From the human T2T-CHM13v2.0 reference genome, Homo sapiens, in assembly GCF_009914755.1 (NCBI RefSeq), contig NC_060926.1: a stretch of 64,000 bases of DNA; one strand, given 5' to 3'. Made by a program: the position numbers and the translations under genes. Below the pieces are notes generated by a model. That model did no database searches, had not been told where the DNA came from, and was given only the letters and a program-made list of their open reading frames with translations. Shown here piece by piece: positions 43,771 to 57,100 of the stretch (positions are counted from its first letter, which is position 1; each line of letters starts with the position of its first letter).

Positions 43771-45112
43771 TTTAATGAATATATAAAGAAATATGGGGCT
43801 GGAAGTCGGGAGGAGTGTGTAGGTGAGATAGGCATCTCAAAAGTACAACTCAGGATACATGGGGATCTCTAAAGCCTGTTAGAAGCATGCAATGCCTTGG
43901 ATCAGCACAACCATATGCAAAATGATATATCTATGAACATCCTGCCAATAATTGTGTGTCTACTATTCATAATCACCTGGAGTGAGAGCATAACAATCTC
44001 ATCAGTTTCCCTCTCTGTGTGGACATGTGTCTCAACTAGCTGATGAGCATTTATGATATATACACACGGCAAACTTTTATGGGATTCTGCCACAGAAATG
44101 TTAGCCTGCAGAGTGGTAATGGTGTAATTAGCATTGCAAAAAGGCCCAGTCTGGAAACATGATTGTCAGAATGAAAATTTCACAAAGCAATATGGCCTCA
44201 TGCTGTCTCTGTGATGAGTCAGTACTAGCCTTTTTGGAATTGAAAGGGATTTTGGTAAACTAAGAGGTAAGAACTACAAAGCAGATTGCTCTCAGATTGG
44301 AAAACAAAACATTCCCTGAGATATTAATTTTCCAAATAGTAGAATTGATCAGTGCTGAGTCATAGGTTCTTTTCCTTCCCTTTCTGGGCCCCCCTCCCCT
44401 CTGCCCCCAGCAGGAATAAATGTGTTCCTGAATTTGCTGTGACACCAGTCACAAACCGGAATAGTTGCAGTTGATATTCAGGAGAGTTTTATAAAAGATT
44501 GTGAAATAAGACAGACAAAACCAAGACAAAACTTCTATTAAGATGGGAGAATTATTCTAAGATCCTTTTACCAATATCTACATTTCAATTGCTTTTTGTA
44601 ACAAAATAAGAAGCTGAAAATTCTTGTAAGTTATTTTCTACAAAAGGAAAAATTTTACATTGAAAATTTAATTTTTCCCCATGAATAAAATGAGGTTATC
44701 AATAAATGTGTCACACTGAATATTTTATTTCAGCTTGTTATATGTAAGGTGAAAGCATGCATATATTAAAACAGGTTGATGTAGCTAAAGGTCATTTGTT
44801 AAATTGCTCTTCTATAGCATGTATTTGAACGTTCCCAAACATGGCATATCATTTTTCTTACAAAGGCAAATGCCGCAGTCCATTTGTGCTGCTATTACAA
44901 AATAACATAGACTGGGTAATTGATAAAGAACCAAATTTTATTTTCTCACAGTTCCAGAAGCTGGGATGCCACCAGATTTGGTGCCTTGGGAGGGGCTGGT
45001 ATTCCCTTACAAAATATCATTTTGTTGTATCCTATAGAGGGAAGGAGCACTGTGTGAAGGAACCTGGCAGATGGGAGAGAAGGGAGAAAAGGGCAGGACA
45101 CTATGTGGAGCT

Positions 45113-45361
45113 TTTTTGTTGTTGTTGATAACATCATAATTTAACATAATTATGGGGTACATATGATATTTTGATACATGCATACAATGTGTAATGATCA
45201 AATAATGGTAATTGAGATATCCACCACCTCAAATATTTATCATTTATTTATGTTGGAAATATTCCAAAACTTATTTTCTAGCTATTTCAAAATATACAAT
45301 TAATTATTGTTAACTTTAGTCACACTACTGTGCTAATCAACACTAGAACTTGTTCATTGTA

Positions 45362-45398
<37 letters not shown>

Positions 45399-45897
45399 GA
45401 GACTGTCATCCAGGCAGAAGTACAGTAGCACCATCATGGCCCACTGCAGCCTTGACCTCTGGGGCTCAAGTGATCCTCTTGTCTCAGCCTCCCAAGTAGC
45501 TGGGACTAGAAGTGTGCACCACCATGCCTCGCTAATTTTTTATTTTTTGTAGGGAGAGGGTCTCCCAGTGTTTCTTGGGCATGTCTCGATTCCCGGGCTC
45601 AAATGATCTTCTTGTCTTAGGCTCCCAAAGTGTTGGGATTACAGGTGTGAGCCAATGGAGTTGGCCATTGTTTCTTCTATATAACCTTATTTTTTTACCC
45701 ATTAACCAACCTCTCTTCATCCTCCCCTCCCACCTACCCTTCCCAAATTTTGGTACCCACCATTCTACTCTCTACCTCCATGAGATCTACTATTTCAGCT
45801 CCCACACATGAGTGAGAATATGCAATATTTGTCTTTCTGTGCCTGTCTTATTTCACTTAACATAACGTCCTTCAGGCTTATTCATGTTGCTGCAAAT
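45113..45897 (-). mobile_element. L1MA-type 3' end, split by AluJ
   Basis: ttatggggtacatatgatattttgatacatgcatacaatgtgtaatgatcaaat...ctcccacacatgagtgagaatatgc. Confidence 0.8.
45363..45666 (-). mobile_element. AluJ
   Basis: T-rich tail, cactgcagccttgacctctggggctcaagtgatcctc, cccaaagtgttgggattacaggtgtgagcc. Confidence 0.9.
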
Positions 45898-45916
45898 GCC
45901 TCTTTCATAAGGACCT

Positions 45917-45954
45917 TGTATTAGAGTTCTCAAGAGGGACAGAACTAATAGGAG

Positions 45955-45986
<32 letters not shown>

Positions 45987-46360
45987 GAATTTATTAAGGA
46001 GTATTAGCTCACATGATCACAAGGTCCACAATAGGCAGTCTGTGAGCTGAGGAGCAAGCAAGCCAGTTTGAGTCCCAAAGCGAAAGTCCAATGTTTGAGG
46101 GCAGGAAGCCTCCAGCATGAGAGAAAGATGTAGGCTGGGAGGCTAAGCCAGTCTAGTCTTTTCAAGTTCTTCTGCCTGCTTTTTATTCTGGCTGCACTGG
46201 CAGCTGATTAAATTGTGCTTACTTAGATTAAGGGTGAGTCTGCCTTTCCCAGCCCACTGACTCAAATGCTAATCTCCTTTGGCAATGCCCTTACAGTCAC
46301 ACCCAGGATCAAAACTTTGCATCCTTCAATCCAATCAAGTTGACAGCATTAACCATCATG
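45917..46360 (-). mobile_element. MLT2A-like (HERV-L) solo LTR
   Basis: tgtattagagttctc...gggacagaactaatagga(TA)n...caatccaatcaagttgaca...aaccatca; 5-bp TSD gacct at 45912-45916 and 46361-46365. Confidence 0.88.
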
Positions 46361-47409
46361 GACCTTAATCCCATTAATAAGCGAGGAACCCTCATGACTC
46401 AACCACCTCTAAAAGGAACCATTTCTTAACACTATTGCATTGGTCATCAAGTTTCAACACAAGAATTTTGGAAAGGACTCATTCAAACCATAGCAAAAGG
46501 TGAACATATTTTACATTATGTGTGGTGAGACCTGACATCTTTACTTTTCTTCTCAACAACTAGAAATCTGATGAAAATGAGAAAGTTTTAAAGAGATCAG
46601 AGTAGTTTGTTGGTAGATTCTTGGTTCAATAACCTAAGTAGGTCATTTTCTTCAGTAACCAAAATAGTTTACTTCATAGCGGTAATTCTTCCATTCATCA
46701 ATGTAAATTCTAGGTAGTTTTCCAAAGGTGAATATGAAAATAAGAGCTTTTAGAAACTGAAAACTTTGCAAATGTTTATTGATTAAGTTGGTCAAATTTA
46801 CATTGTGGTCTAGGTCATCAGCCAAGTAGATAACACACATAGAAAAGTTCTATTAACAATCATAACAAAATAATGATTAATAGATTTCCCATATCCAAGT
46901 TACTTTGATCTTTACTAAGTGTCTACCCTCTAGTAAAGCACCAGTCATTGTTTCCTGGTTTGATTACTCATAATAGTCAGGAAACAAGAAGGACCCACCT
47001 TCTATCTCATAAAATGCATCATTTTGCTATGTACAGCACCAATAGGAAAACAAGTTCAGATGTAACATGTTATGAACCCTGCATTCTTTTATTAGAATTG
47101 GCTAATTACCCAAGTTCTAGATGGTAAATGACATAATGTTCTTATTTAAAAGCAGGTTCCTCACGTAAGATGCAGAACTGCTTTTAGAGTGCCATAAAAT
47201 TTGATTTATGCCACTGCTTGCCAAACATTAAATTTCAGTATTTAAATAGAAAACAAGGATGAACATCTCCTCCAGCCTAAGTATTGTTTTACATTGCATT
47301 GAATGTTTCTGAAAGAATCACATGTTCCTAGGGGATAAAGGTATTTCCTAACCTCTTTGTATATGTTTTTAAAAATGTAAAAGCATAATAACTTCAAAAA
47401 AGTTATAAA

Positions 47410-47535
47410 TGAATAAATATGTGGATGATGTCAATGTTACCTTACTTGACTATAGTAATCATTTTACTATCTATCTATCTATATATATCAAAATATCTTG
47501 TTGTACACCTTAAATGCATACAATAAAAATTGTTA
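47410..47535 (+). mobile_element. Short L1M 3' end
   Basis: cttgactatagtaatcattttacta...ttgtacaccttaaatgcatacaataaaaa. Confidence 0.6.
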
Positions 47536-48814
47536 AAGGTGTAATCAACAAAGTATTAGGATGGCTGTTACCTTAAGTGGGAAGAGATAAGGAGATGAGA
47601 TAGGAGGATTTCATAGCATGTTTTTGTCAATATTCTAGTTTCCGTATGGGACTTTGGTGCATGGGTAGGAAAAAAAATTTCTATCTTAATACCTAAAAGA
47701 CTTATCTAAAATCAAACTAAAATCAGTAAGAATATGAATACAGAAAGTAATGGCACCTGTAAATGTTTTTTCAATTTGAAGAAACTGCTTTTGAATCATA
47801 TACAAATATCAACAAAAAATATATTTTTTGATTTTTCTAATGTAATTTATTTTTTCAAAGAAGGGCAAACTACGTAAGAAACAAAAAATAAAAATGTTCA
47901 GTATAAATAATTGATTAAAGAAAAGTAACTTCATAGAAATAAACATAAATGGTTTGAATAATGGTTTTATCATTTGTAGGGTAAAATAAATCATTTTAGA
48001 AATACATTTTTTCAATTGTGAACCTCATTTTTAATGCAACCTATAAGAACCAGGTGAAGAAATACTTGTGTGACTCTCTTCTCTGCCTGAAGCTCACTCA
48101 CTTCCAGCCACAAACCTTAACTTCACAATTGTTTTCACTACATAAGGAACCTAAAGTATATCAGCCAATGGTCTGCTCCTTAATTATAAGCTTTCTTTAA
48201 ATAAAATTATAGAAGTTTTCATTAACAGATATGTAAGCACATAAAATAAATATTAAGTATCTACTGATGATCGGGGTAGAACAGAGCTTATTGATTTCCC
48301 CACTGCTTCCTCCCAAGTCCTCTAATATATGCCATGTCCAACTTCCAAGTACCACACCAGCAGCTCTTCTTCTGTACAGCAACTCAGCTGGACAACGAAC
48401 ACCTGACATTCAAACACCTTAGGCATATGAATGTCTGACTGGTCCCATGCTGAGGTCACAGATACTTCTCCACAAATCCTCATTAGCAAGAAATTTGACC
48501 TGTGTTAATAGCCATTGCATTCATGGAAGGAAATTAAGATATATTTCTCCTTTGGAGTTTTAGGCTGAAACCAGGGAATCATCTTGTAGTAACAACATGG
48601 CCTCCAGGAATCCATAGATGTCTATTTGACTCACTATATTCCTGAAATGTAACTCTAAAATCTGTCTTATTGACAGAGTTAAATGATAAGATTAATTTTT
48701 ATGCTGGGGACAGCTATGCAGCTTAACTCCTAAGTCAAGTTACCAAGAGACATTTTTCCCTGGTCTTCCAGGGAAATATCTTTCCCAGATATTTTGCATT
48801 CATTTTCTCTAAAG

Positions 48815-48955
48815 TTCAAGACAACCCTATATAGCAGTTACGAAGTTCTACATTTCACAGATGAGAAAACTGAGTTGTCAAAGTTCACAGGACTAGTAAA
48901 TGCTGGGCCTGGCATATGAATTGACATCTGTCTCAATCTGAAGGCTGCATTCCTT
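48815..48955 (-). mobile_element. MIR fragment
   Basis: catttcacagatgagaaaactgag core. Confidence 0.6.
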
Positions 48956-49824
48956 TAATTTTAGATGAACAATTTTAAACTTACCAGCAAACTGGATAAT
49001 TTTAAAAACCACAAGTTCATTGCAACCGAACAGGCATAATAGAGGAGGTAGATTAATTCAAAACCCAGTTTACACTGCCTTTCACGAACATTTGGAAACT
49101 ATAAAAAGTCTAATCAAGCCCCTCTTCATCCACATTTGTTTATTATAACAATGTTGTATTACAAACAAAATCCTCTGCCAAAACTGCTTTAAATGCCTGA
49201 TAGGTTTGTTTATTTTCACCATATTTCTACTTTTTCCCAGAGTACAGACCAGCTCATTTCACCCCACAGTGTGTTACATTTTTCTGTGCAGGGGTCTGGA
49301 GGTGGAAGTGGGTACACAAACTTCTTATTCTGGTCTTTTTGGTTTATAAAAGGTTGCCCAGTGAGGGCCCATAAAGGTTTTTGTGAAGGGCCTACTATTG
49401 GAAATATTATCATTTATAGTTTTTGTAAAGGTTTATTCTTAACATCAAAATTATAATTTGAATCTAATGTCTTCAACTTTAAGAAGACATGATCTACAAT
49501 TTAACATAGCTTCAGGAAATTAAGAACTGTTATCTTTAGGAATATTAAAATAAGCCACGAATATCAGATGTGGATTAAGTGGATAAAGAAGTGAAGTGAC
49601 TCTCTATGAATGCACAAATCCTTGAAGGACTCATCTCCAGTAAGCAAGGTAGCACTTATCAGAAGTGGGCTAGGAAAAGAAATCTCTAAGATGAAACAAA
49701 CAAACAAAAAGTTTGCTGGTAAGATATAGGGTTATAATTTAAGACTAAAGTGTTAGAAATCTAAGGACCCCAGAATGGCCATTATAATGAAGCAGCCCAG
49801 TGAAGAGCATTAGAGGGCAGAGCA

Positions 49825-49962
49825 TTAGAGGACAGTGCATATGAGTCACTTGGGGGTCATGTTAAATTTCACTTCTGATCATCTGTGAGTTCCTCAGTAA
49901 AGCCTGCAACTCCCAGGTGACCCAAGGTTGCTAGTCCTCAGATCATACTTGAAGTACCAAGG
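49825..49962. mobile_element. MER5A-like hAT-Charlie relic
   Basis: gcatatgagtcacttggggg...ctcccaggtgacccaaggttgctagtcctcagatcatact. Confidence 0.5.
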
Positions 49963-51149
49963 TTACGGGTTATTTGATTATGTATCAGTGTTACTTAAAC
50001 TCTGTGGTAGAAAAAAGACTATAGTTAGGAAAAAGTGGCCATGCCAAATTAAACTAGGGCAGAAATTACAGGGTGGTAGAGTCTGGATGTGTACCTGCCA
50101 GGACATCATGGGAAGAGCCTGGCCTTAGAGTCCCCAGTGGGCTCCTGACTTGCAATAGACCTTGGATAGGTCTCCTCCAGGGTTAACATTATGAATTCAG
50201 TAACCTACTCTGTTCTCATATGGCCAAAGAGACAAATACTGGCACATGTTGGAGTATCGCAATTTCTGCAATAATTTATTAATTTATTTAGGAATCATGT
50301 CTGCTTGCCATACCTGCACGCTATGACTCTCTACCTCCCCAATCACTTTTCTCACTGCTTCTGGAAATGCTTCAATATGGAACAGAAACTCTTGAATCCA
50401 AATCTGTAAATAGCTTTAAATGACAGAAAGCACAAACAATAATCTTCCGATTAGAACTAGTTTGTAAACCCATGCATCCCTTCTCTCAGGAGAGCATGCG
50501 TTGCTCAGGCCTCTCTGTTCTTTCTAACATCTGTAGGTTCTCCATTATGCACACTGAACTGTAAAAAGGCTGGAAATTCATTTCTGCTCCGTGGTTATAT
50601 TACCTCTCTACTCATCATATGTAGAGCCTGATGGTGAATATGCCATTGGAAACTCTCCATACAGGCTTTGAAATCATACAAGCAGCACAGATATTGATGA
50701 TGCTAATGAGAAGAGCATCTGTCTCTTCCTGTTAGCAATTACACCTAGTTGTCCCTTTGCCACCCACAATTCTTTCTCATGCAGCTTTTCAAAGAATCCT
50801 CTGCTTCTCCATCTCTCAATAGCCCTCAACAATATGGCCTTATATACAAGTCTGATAGAATGCAGTATCAAAGTACAGAGCTACTTTAAAACATATCCCT
50901 ACATAAAATACGAAATATAGAATGGTTCACTCTAGTAACATGTTTGTAAAGAAAATAAGTTGAGCTGGTTGGTAATTCTTTCAAATATCCAAACTCTCCA
51001 TCTATCATGCCCACACATCCACCCACCCTCCCATAAACACCAAATGATTATTAGTCATGGACTGCAGGAAAAACAAGGGCATGGAAGACAGATGCTGTCC
51101 TTAAGATATTGTTAGTCTCTGAAGTAATATCAAATTTTCCATTTGAACA

Positions 51150-51440
51150 CTCACTAATTTACTAAATCCTCAGTGAGCACCAATGATATGCCAGACGCTG
51201 TGCTAAGTGCTAAGAATAACTATGAACAAGACTGACATGGGCCCTGCCTTTCCAAACCTCAAGCTGCAGTGAGGGAGACATAAAAAAATTGCACAGCCCA
51301 TGATCTAGCAGCTAAGAACCAAAGAGGGACAGAGACACTGTTGCAGTAGTTCAAGGAGGCAGAAACCCATGTCCTGATGGAGTGGTCAGGGAAGGTGCCA
51401 GGAAGCAGTAAAACTTGACTGGAACTCAAATAGGTAGAAG
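51150..51440 (-). mobile_element. L2 3' end
   Basis: gagcaccaatgatatgccagacgctgtgctaagtgct...gaacaagactgacatgggccctgcc. Confidence 0.7.
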
Positions 51441-52784
51441 GAATTCAGATACTTCAGGCCTTCTAAGATGCCAGCTAGTTCCTGGTGGGGGTGGGAACAG
51501 AAAAACTTGAGAGATATTTCCTAGCTGAAGAAACGAGACTGGCTGAAGTAGAAGTTTCCGTTGTGCATTTTTCCTTAAATTAGGTAATACCTACACTTGG
51601 GAGTGCTTGGCTAGGTGCAAGGGATATAAGAATTCATGATCATCATCCTGAAGCAACAATTTCCCTAAATGGTAATTTAATACGTTTGTGTGTGTGTGTA
51701 TGTGTGTGTGTAATGGAACATAAAATTTGCATGAATGTTTAAGATGTAACAGAAGACTTCACAGACAAGTTTTTTTGTTTTTTTTTTCTGTATCAGGTCA
51801 CTTTGGCCTCTACAGCCATGCCATTCCATGACTGCTAACACGCCAAAGTTTCTTTTCTACATGTTGAAGAATTTGCTGATGGGAAGGACGAAACCCTGTT
51901 CTTCTGAGAAATGAGATATATATCAGGAAAACTGGCTTGAGTCATTATATGAAAGGCTAAATACCAGACTAAGGATATCAGGTTTCATTGATGATGTTAG
52001 AGAACTGAATACTTTCGATCTGAGCCAGGACTCATGAAAGCAGGCAATGACTACATTTCTGAGTCTCATTGGTTGTAAATATGGGGACATGGATACTACA
52101 TGGGTCTTTATCTGAGGGCCAGGTGTGAAAAAGGAAACGTAAGAAAGGACAAATGAAATAGATACAGGCAAGATATATGCACAGTACGGTGTTCCTGGAA
52201 CAGGTAAGAGGTACAGGTATATGTGATCTGGGTACTGCACACCTAAGGTGCTTGGAAAAAACCATCAGAGTCCTAGGACCACTAAGAACATATATGGTTC
52301 AAGCCTGATTTCTTCCTAGCGGGTGGGAGACTAGGAAGTTTTCTCCATGTTGGTATCAGTCTTGGTTCAACATGGAAATTATCATTTGTGGTTTTTCTCA
52401 CTGCCAGGTCTCAAGGTGAGATGAGGTGAGAGAAGCAGCCACCTGGGTCACTTTAAATTGCTAATTTTTGCATGGAGGCAGAAGAAAGGAGGAACTGTGA
52501 GGGATTATCTCTGCATTTGAGAAAGAAATTCTGGCCTTTTCTTCTAGATATTCTGGGGAATTGCGATTGGACTACTACTTGGAAGGATTTCTCCAGGATA
52601 TACCGCCTAAGTGGGTAGGAAAATGACTCACAGGGAGTCCCAAGTTATCTTAGGGTCTCTTTGCCTAACAGGTCTGCCTCTCTCCATCCCACTCCCATCC
52701 TAGAGTGGGGCATGGCCCTGTGTAGGCAGACAACATTTTCCAGGCCAATTGCAGATGTTTCTGAACACAAAGCATCTGGTGAAG

Positions 52785-53126
52785 AGAGGCCACTGCTATG
52801 CAATAGACATATAAGGTCAGCCACAACTGCAAGCCACGTATGTAATTTTGAATTTTCTAGCGGTCACATCAAAACTGCAAAATGAAACAGATGACATTTA
52901 TTTAATAATATGTATTTTTTAACGTAATATATCCAAACTACTATAATTTAAATGTTATCCATATAAAAATTATGAATAAGACATTTTCAGTCCATTTTGC
53001 ACTGTTTCTTTGCAGTCTTTTTGCACTGTTTCACACAAACAGCACATCTCAATTCAGACTAGCCACACTTCCAGTGTGCAATAGCCATGTGAAGTTAATA
53101 GCTAGTGTACCGGACAGGCAGCTCTG
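52785..53126. mobile_element. MER33-like hAT-Charlie element
   Basis: gccacgtatgtaattttgaattttctagcggtcacat...acagcacatctcaattcagactagccacac. Confidence 0.75.
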
Positions 53127-53544
53127 ATGGTTGGATCTTGAGCCTGTACATGAGAGTGATGCCTCCAGGGCATTCCTGAGATAATCAAGGTCCAGAAATA
53201 CCAAGTCGCTTGCCAGAGCTCACACAATGTGTCAGAATCTGAGCCAAGACTAGATCAGAAGTCTGCAAATACTAATGTACCCTGGCTTCTCTCTTCTTCA
53301 CAGTCACAGCTAAGGTGTCACTAGGCTCTCCTAATTCTTTGGAGCCTTCTCACATTATTTCTGTCCCTTCTAGCTGCTACCATCCTACTCAGGCCCCAAG
53401 TGCCTACTCACTATGGCAATATCCTCCTACTTGATGTGCTTGCTTTTAGTTTCCCCTTCCAGACCCTCCTGCAGAGTCTGAATTTCGCACAGTTCTGATT
53501 AAAATCACTCTGCAGTGAGTCCCTATTTAAAACATATATAGACA

Positions 53545-54113
53545 GATACTTGATTTTAGAGCAATCTTAAGTATACAGAAAAACTGAATAGAAAGTGAAG
53601 AGTTCCCATATACCCTCTCCACCTCATCTCAGCCTCACTGCCCCACCTTGTTAACCCTGTAGTTGCATCTTGCATTGGTGAGGCACATTTGTTATAACTG
53701 AAAACCAATATCAATACATTATTATTAACTAAAGTCCATAGCTTACATTAGGACTCACACTTGGTGTTGTACAATTCTGTGAGTTTTGGCAAATGTATAA
53801 TGTCGTGTATCCACCATTACAGTATCACACAAAAGTGTTTCACTTACCTAAAAATGCCTTGCTCCACCTGCTCATTCTATTCCTACACCCAGCTAAAACC
53901 CTTGGCAACCACAAATGTTTTTGCTGTCTTTATAGTTTTGCCTTTTCCAGAATGTCATATAGTTGCAAACATACACATGTTGAATTTTCATTTGACTTAT
54001 TTCACTTAGGAAAATGCATTTAAGTTTCCTTCTTGTCTTTTCATGGCTTAATAGCTCATGTCTTATATAGAATAATATTCTGTTGTCTGGATGTTCCAGT
54101 TTGTTTATCCATT
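53545..54113 (-). mobile_element. L1MC-type 3'UTR
   Basis: ttttagagcaatcttaagtatacagaaaaactgaatagaaagt...gagttcccatataccc...cattattattaactaaagtccatag. Confidence 0.75.
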
Positions 54114-54136
54114 TTGTAGATTACATTAAATTTTCT

Positions 54137-57100
54137 TTTTTTGTAACAGGAGAAAAGGGTGCTTATTTTTTTCTTTCTTTTAATTTAAAATTTTTTTTAT
54201 TTCAATAGGTTTTTGGGGTAACCGGAGGTGTTTGGTTACATGAATAAGTTATTCAGTAGTGATTTCTGAGGATTAGGTGCACTCATCACCTGAGCAGTGT
54301 ACACTGTACCCGATGTGTAGTCTTTTATCCCTCACCACTCCCCACCCTTTCTCTGGAGTCCCCAATGTCCAATGTATCATTCTTATGCTTTTACATACTC
54401 ATAGCTTAGCTCCCAAATATGGGTGAGAACATATGATGTTTGTTTTATTTATTCCCGAGTTACTTCACTTAGAATAGTAGTCTCCAATTCCATCCAGGTT
54501 GCTGCAAATGCCATTATTTCATTCCTTTTAATGGTTCCATAGTATTCCATGGTTTCTTTACCCACTCATTGATTGATGGCAATTTTCTTTATCCACTCAT
54601 TGATTTATGGGAATTTTCTTTATCCACTCATTGATTGATGGCAATTTTCTTTATCCACTCGTTGATTGATGGGAATTTGGGCTGGTTCCCTATTTTGGAA
54701 ACTGCAAATTGTGCTGCTATAAACATGCATGTGCAGTTATCCTTTTCGTATAACTTCTTTTCCTCTGGGTAGATACCCAGGAGTGGGATTGCTGGATCAA
54801 ATGGTAGATCTATTTTTAGTTCTTTAAGAAATTTCCACTCTGTTTTCCATAGTGGTTGTACTAGTTCAAATTCCCACCAACAGTGTAAACATGTTCCCTT
54901 TTTACCACATCTATCTATCTTTTTTTTTTTTTTTTTGGCCATTCTTGCTGGAGTGAGGTTGTATTGCATTGTAGTTTTGATTTACATTTCCATGATAGTT
55001 AGTGATATTGAGCATGTTTCCATATGCTTTTTGGCCATTTGCATATCTTCTTTTGAGAATTACATATTCATGTCATTAGCCCATTTTTTGATGGGTTTAT
55101 TTTTTCTTTTTTTTTTTTCTTACTGATTTGTTTGAGTTCCTTGTAGATTCTGGATATTAACCCCTCGTTAGATTGTGAAGATTTTCTCCCACTCTGTGAG
55201 TTGTCTGTTAACTCTTGTGATTATTTCTTTGGCTGTGCAGAAGCTTTTCAGTTTAATTTAGTCCCATCTATTTATCTTTGTTTTTGTTGTATTTGCTTTT
55301 GGGTTTTTGGTTCTTTGTTGCATTTACATTTGCTTTGGTTTTTTGGTTCTTGGAAGTCTTTGCCTAAGCCAGCAACTAGAAGGATTTTTCCAGGGTTATC
55401 TTCTAGAATCCTTATGGTTTCAGGTCTTAGATTTAAGTTTTTGATTCATTTTGGGTTGATTTTTGTACAAGGTGAGATATGAGGATCCAGTTTCATTCTT
55501 CTACATGTCCTTTCCCCATTTTATGTTTGTGTTTGCTTTGTCAAAGATCAGTTGGCTCTAAGTACTTGGCTTTATTTCTGGGTACTCTATTCTGTTCCAT
55601 TGGTCTATGTCTCTATTTTTATACCAGTACCATGCTGTTTTGATGACTATGGCCTTACAGTATAGTTTGAAGTCTGGTAGAGTGATGCCTCCAGATTTGT
55701 TCTTTTTGCTTAGTCTTGCTTTGGCTATGTGGGCTACTTTTTGGTTCCATATGAATTTTAGGATTGCTTTTTCTTAGTTCTGTGAAGAATGATGGTGGTA
55801 TTTTGATGGAAATTGCATTGAATTTGTAGATTGCTTTTGGCAATATGGTCATTTTCAAAATATTGATTCTACCCATCCAGGACCATGGGATGTGTTTCCA
55901 TTTGTTTGTGTCATCTAGGATTTCTTTCAGCAGTGTTTTGTACTTTTTCTTGTAGATCTCTTTCAACTCCTTGGTTAGGTATATTCCTAAGTATTTTATT
56001 TTATTTTTGCAGTTATTGTGAAAGGGGTTGGGTGTTCTTGATTTGATTCTCAGCTTGGTCATTGTCGGTGTATAGCAGAGCTACTGATTTGTGTACATTA
56101 ATTTTGTATCCTGAAATTTTGCTGAATTTATTCATCAGTTCTAGGAGGTTTTAAGATGAGTCTTTAGAGTTTTCTAGGTATGCGATCATATTATCAGCAA
56201 AGAGGACAGTTTGACTTCCTCTTTACCGATTTGGATGCTCTTTATTTTTTTCTGTCTGTTTGCTCTGGCTAGGACTTCCAGTACCATGTTGAATAGAAGT
56301 AGTGAAAGTGGACATCCTTGTCTTGTTCCAGTTATCAGTGGGAATGCTTTCACCTTTTCTCCATCCAGTATAATATTGGCTGTGGGTTTGTCAGAGATAG
56401 CTTTTATTACCTTAATGTACGTCCCTTCTATGCCAATTTTGCTGAGGGTTTTAATCGTAAAGCAATGCTGGATTTTGTCAAATGCTTTTTCTGTGTCTAT
56501 TGACATGATCATGTGATTTTTGTTTTTAATTCTGTTTGTGTGGTGTGTCACATTCATTGGTTTATGTATGTTAAACCGTCCCTGCATCCCTGGTATGCAA
56601 CCCACTTAATCACGGTGGATTATCTTTTTGATGTGCTGTGGGATTTGGTTCACTAGCATTTTGTTGAGGATTTTTGCATCTATTTTCATCAGGAATATTG
56701 GTCTGCAGTTTTCATTTTATGTTATATTCTTCCCTGGATTTGGTAATAGGGTGATACTGGCTTCACAGAATGATTTAGGGAGGATTCCCTCTTTCTTTAT
56801 CTTTTGGAAAAGTGTCAATAGGATTGGTATCAATTCTTTTGAATGTCTTATAGAATTCAGTTGTGAATCCATCTGGTCCTGAACTTTTTTATTGGCCATT
56901 TTCTAAATACCATTTCGATCTCACTGCTTGTTATTTGTCTATTCAGAGATTCCACATCTTTCTGGTTTAATTTAGGAGGGTTGAATATTTCCAGTTATTT
57001 ATCTATCTCCTCTAGGTTCTCTAGTTTATGCGCATAAAGCTGTTCACAGTAGCCTTGAATAATCTTTTCTATTTCTGTGGTATCAGTTGCAATATCTCCC

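Larger units (their letters stand above)
44871..46495 (-). mobile_element. MSTC/MSTD-like MaLR LTR in three pieces (44871-45112, 45898-45916, 46361-46495)
   Basis: agtccatttgtgctgctattacaaaataacatagactgggtaatt at the start; taatcccatt...cattcaaaccatagca at the end. Confidence 0.7.

Noticed and set aside
54553-54676. CRISPR-like 31-bp repeats
   Set aside because: Units are head to tail with no spacers, derive from L1 sequence, and the context is primate nuclear DNA.
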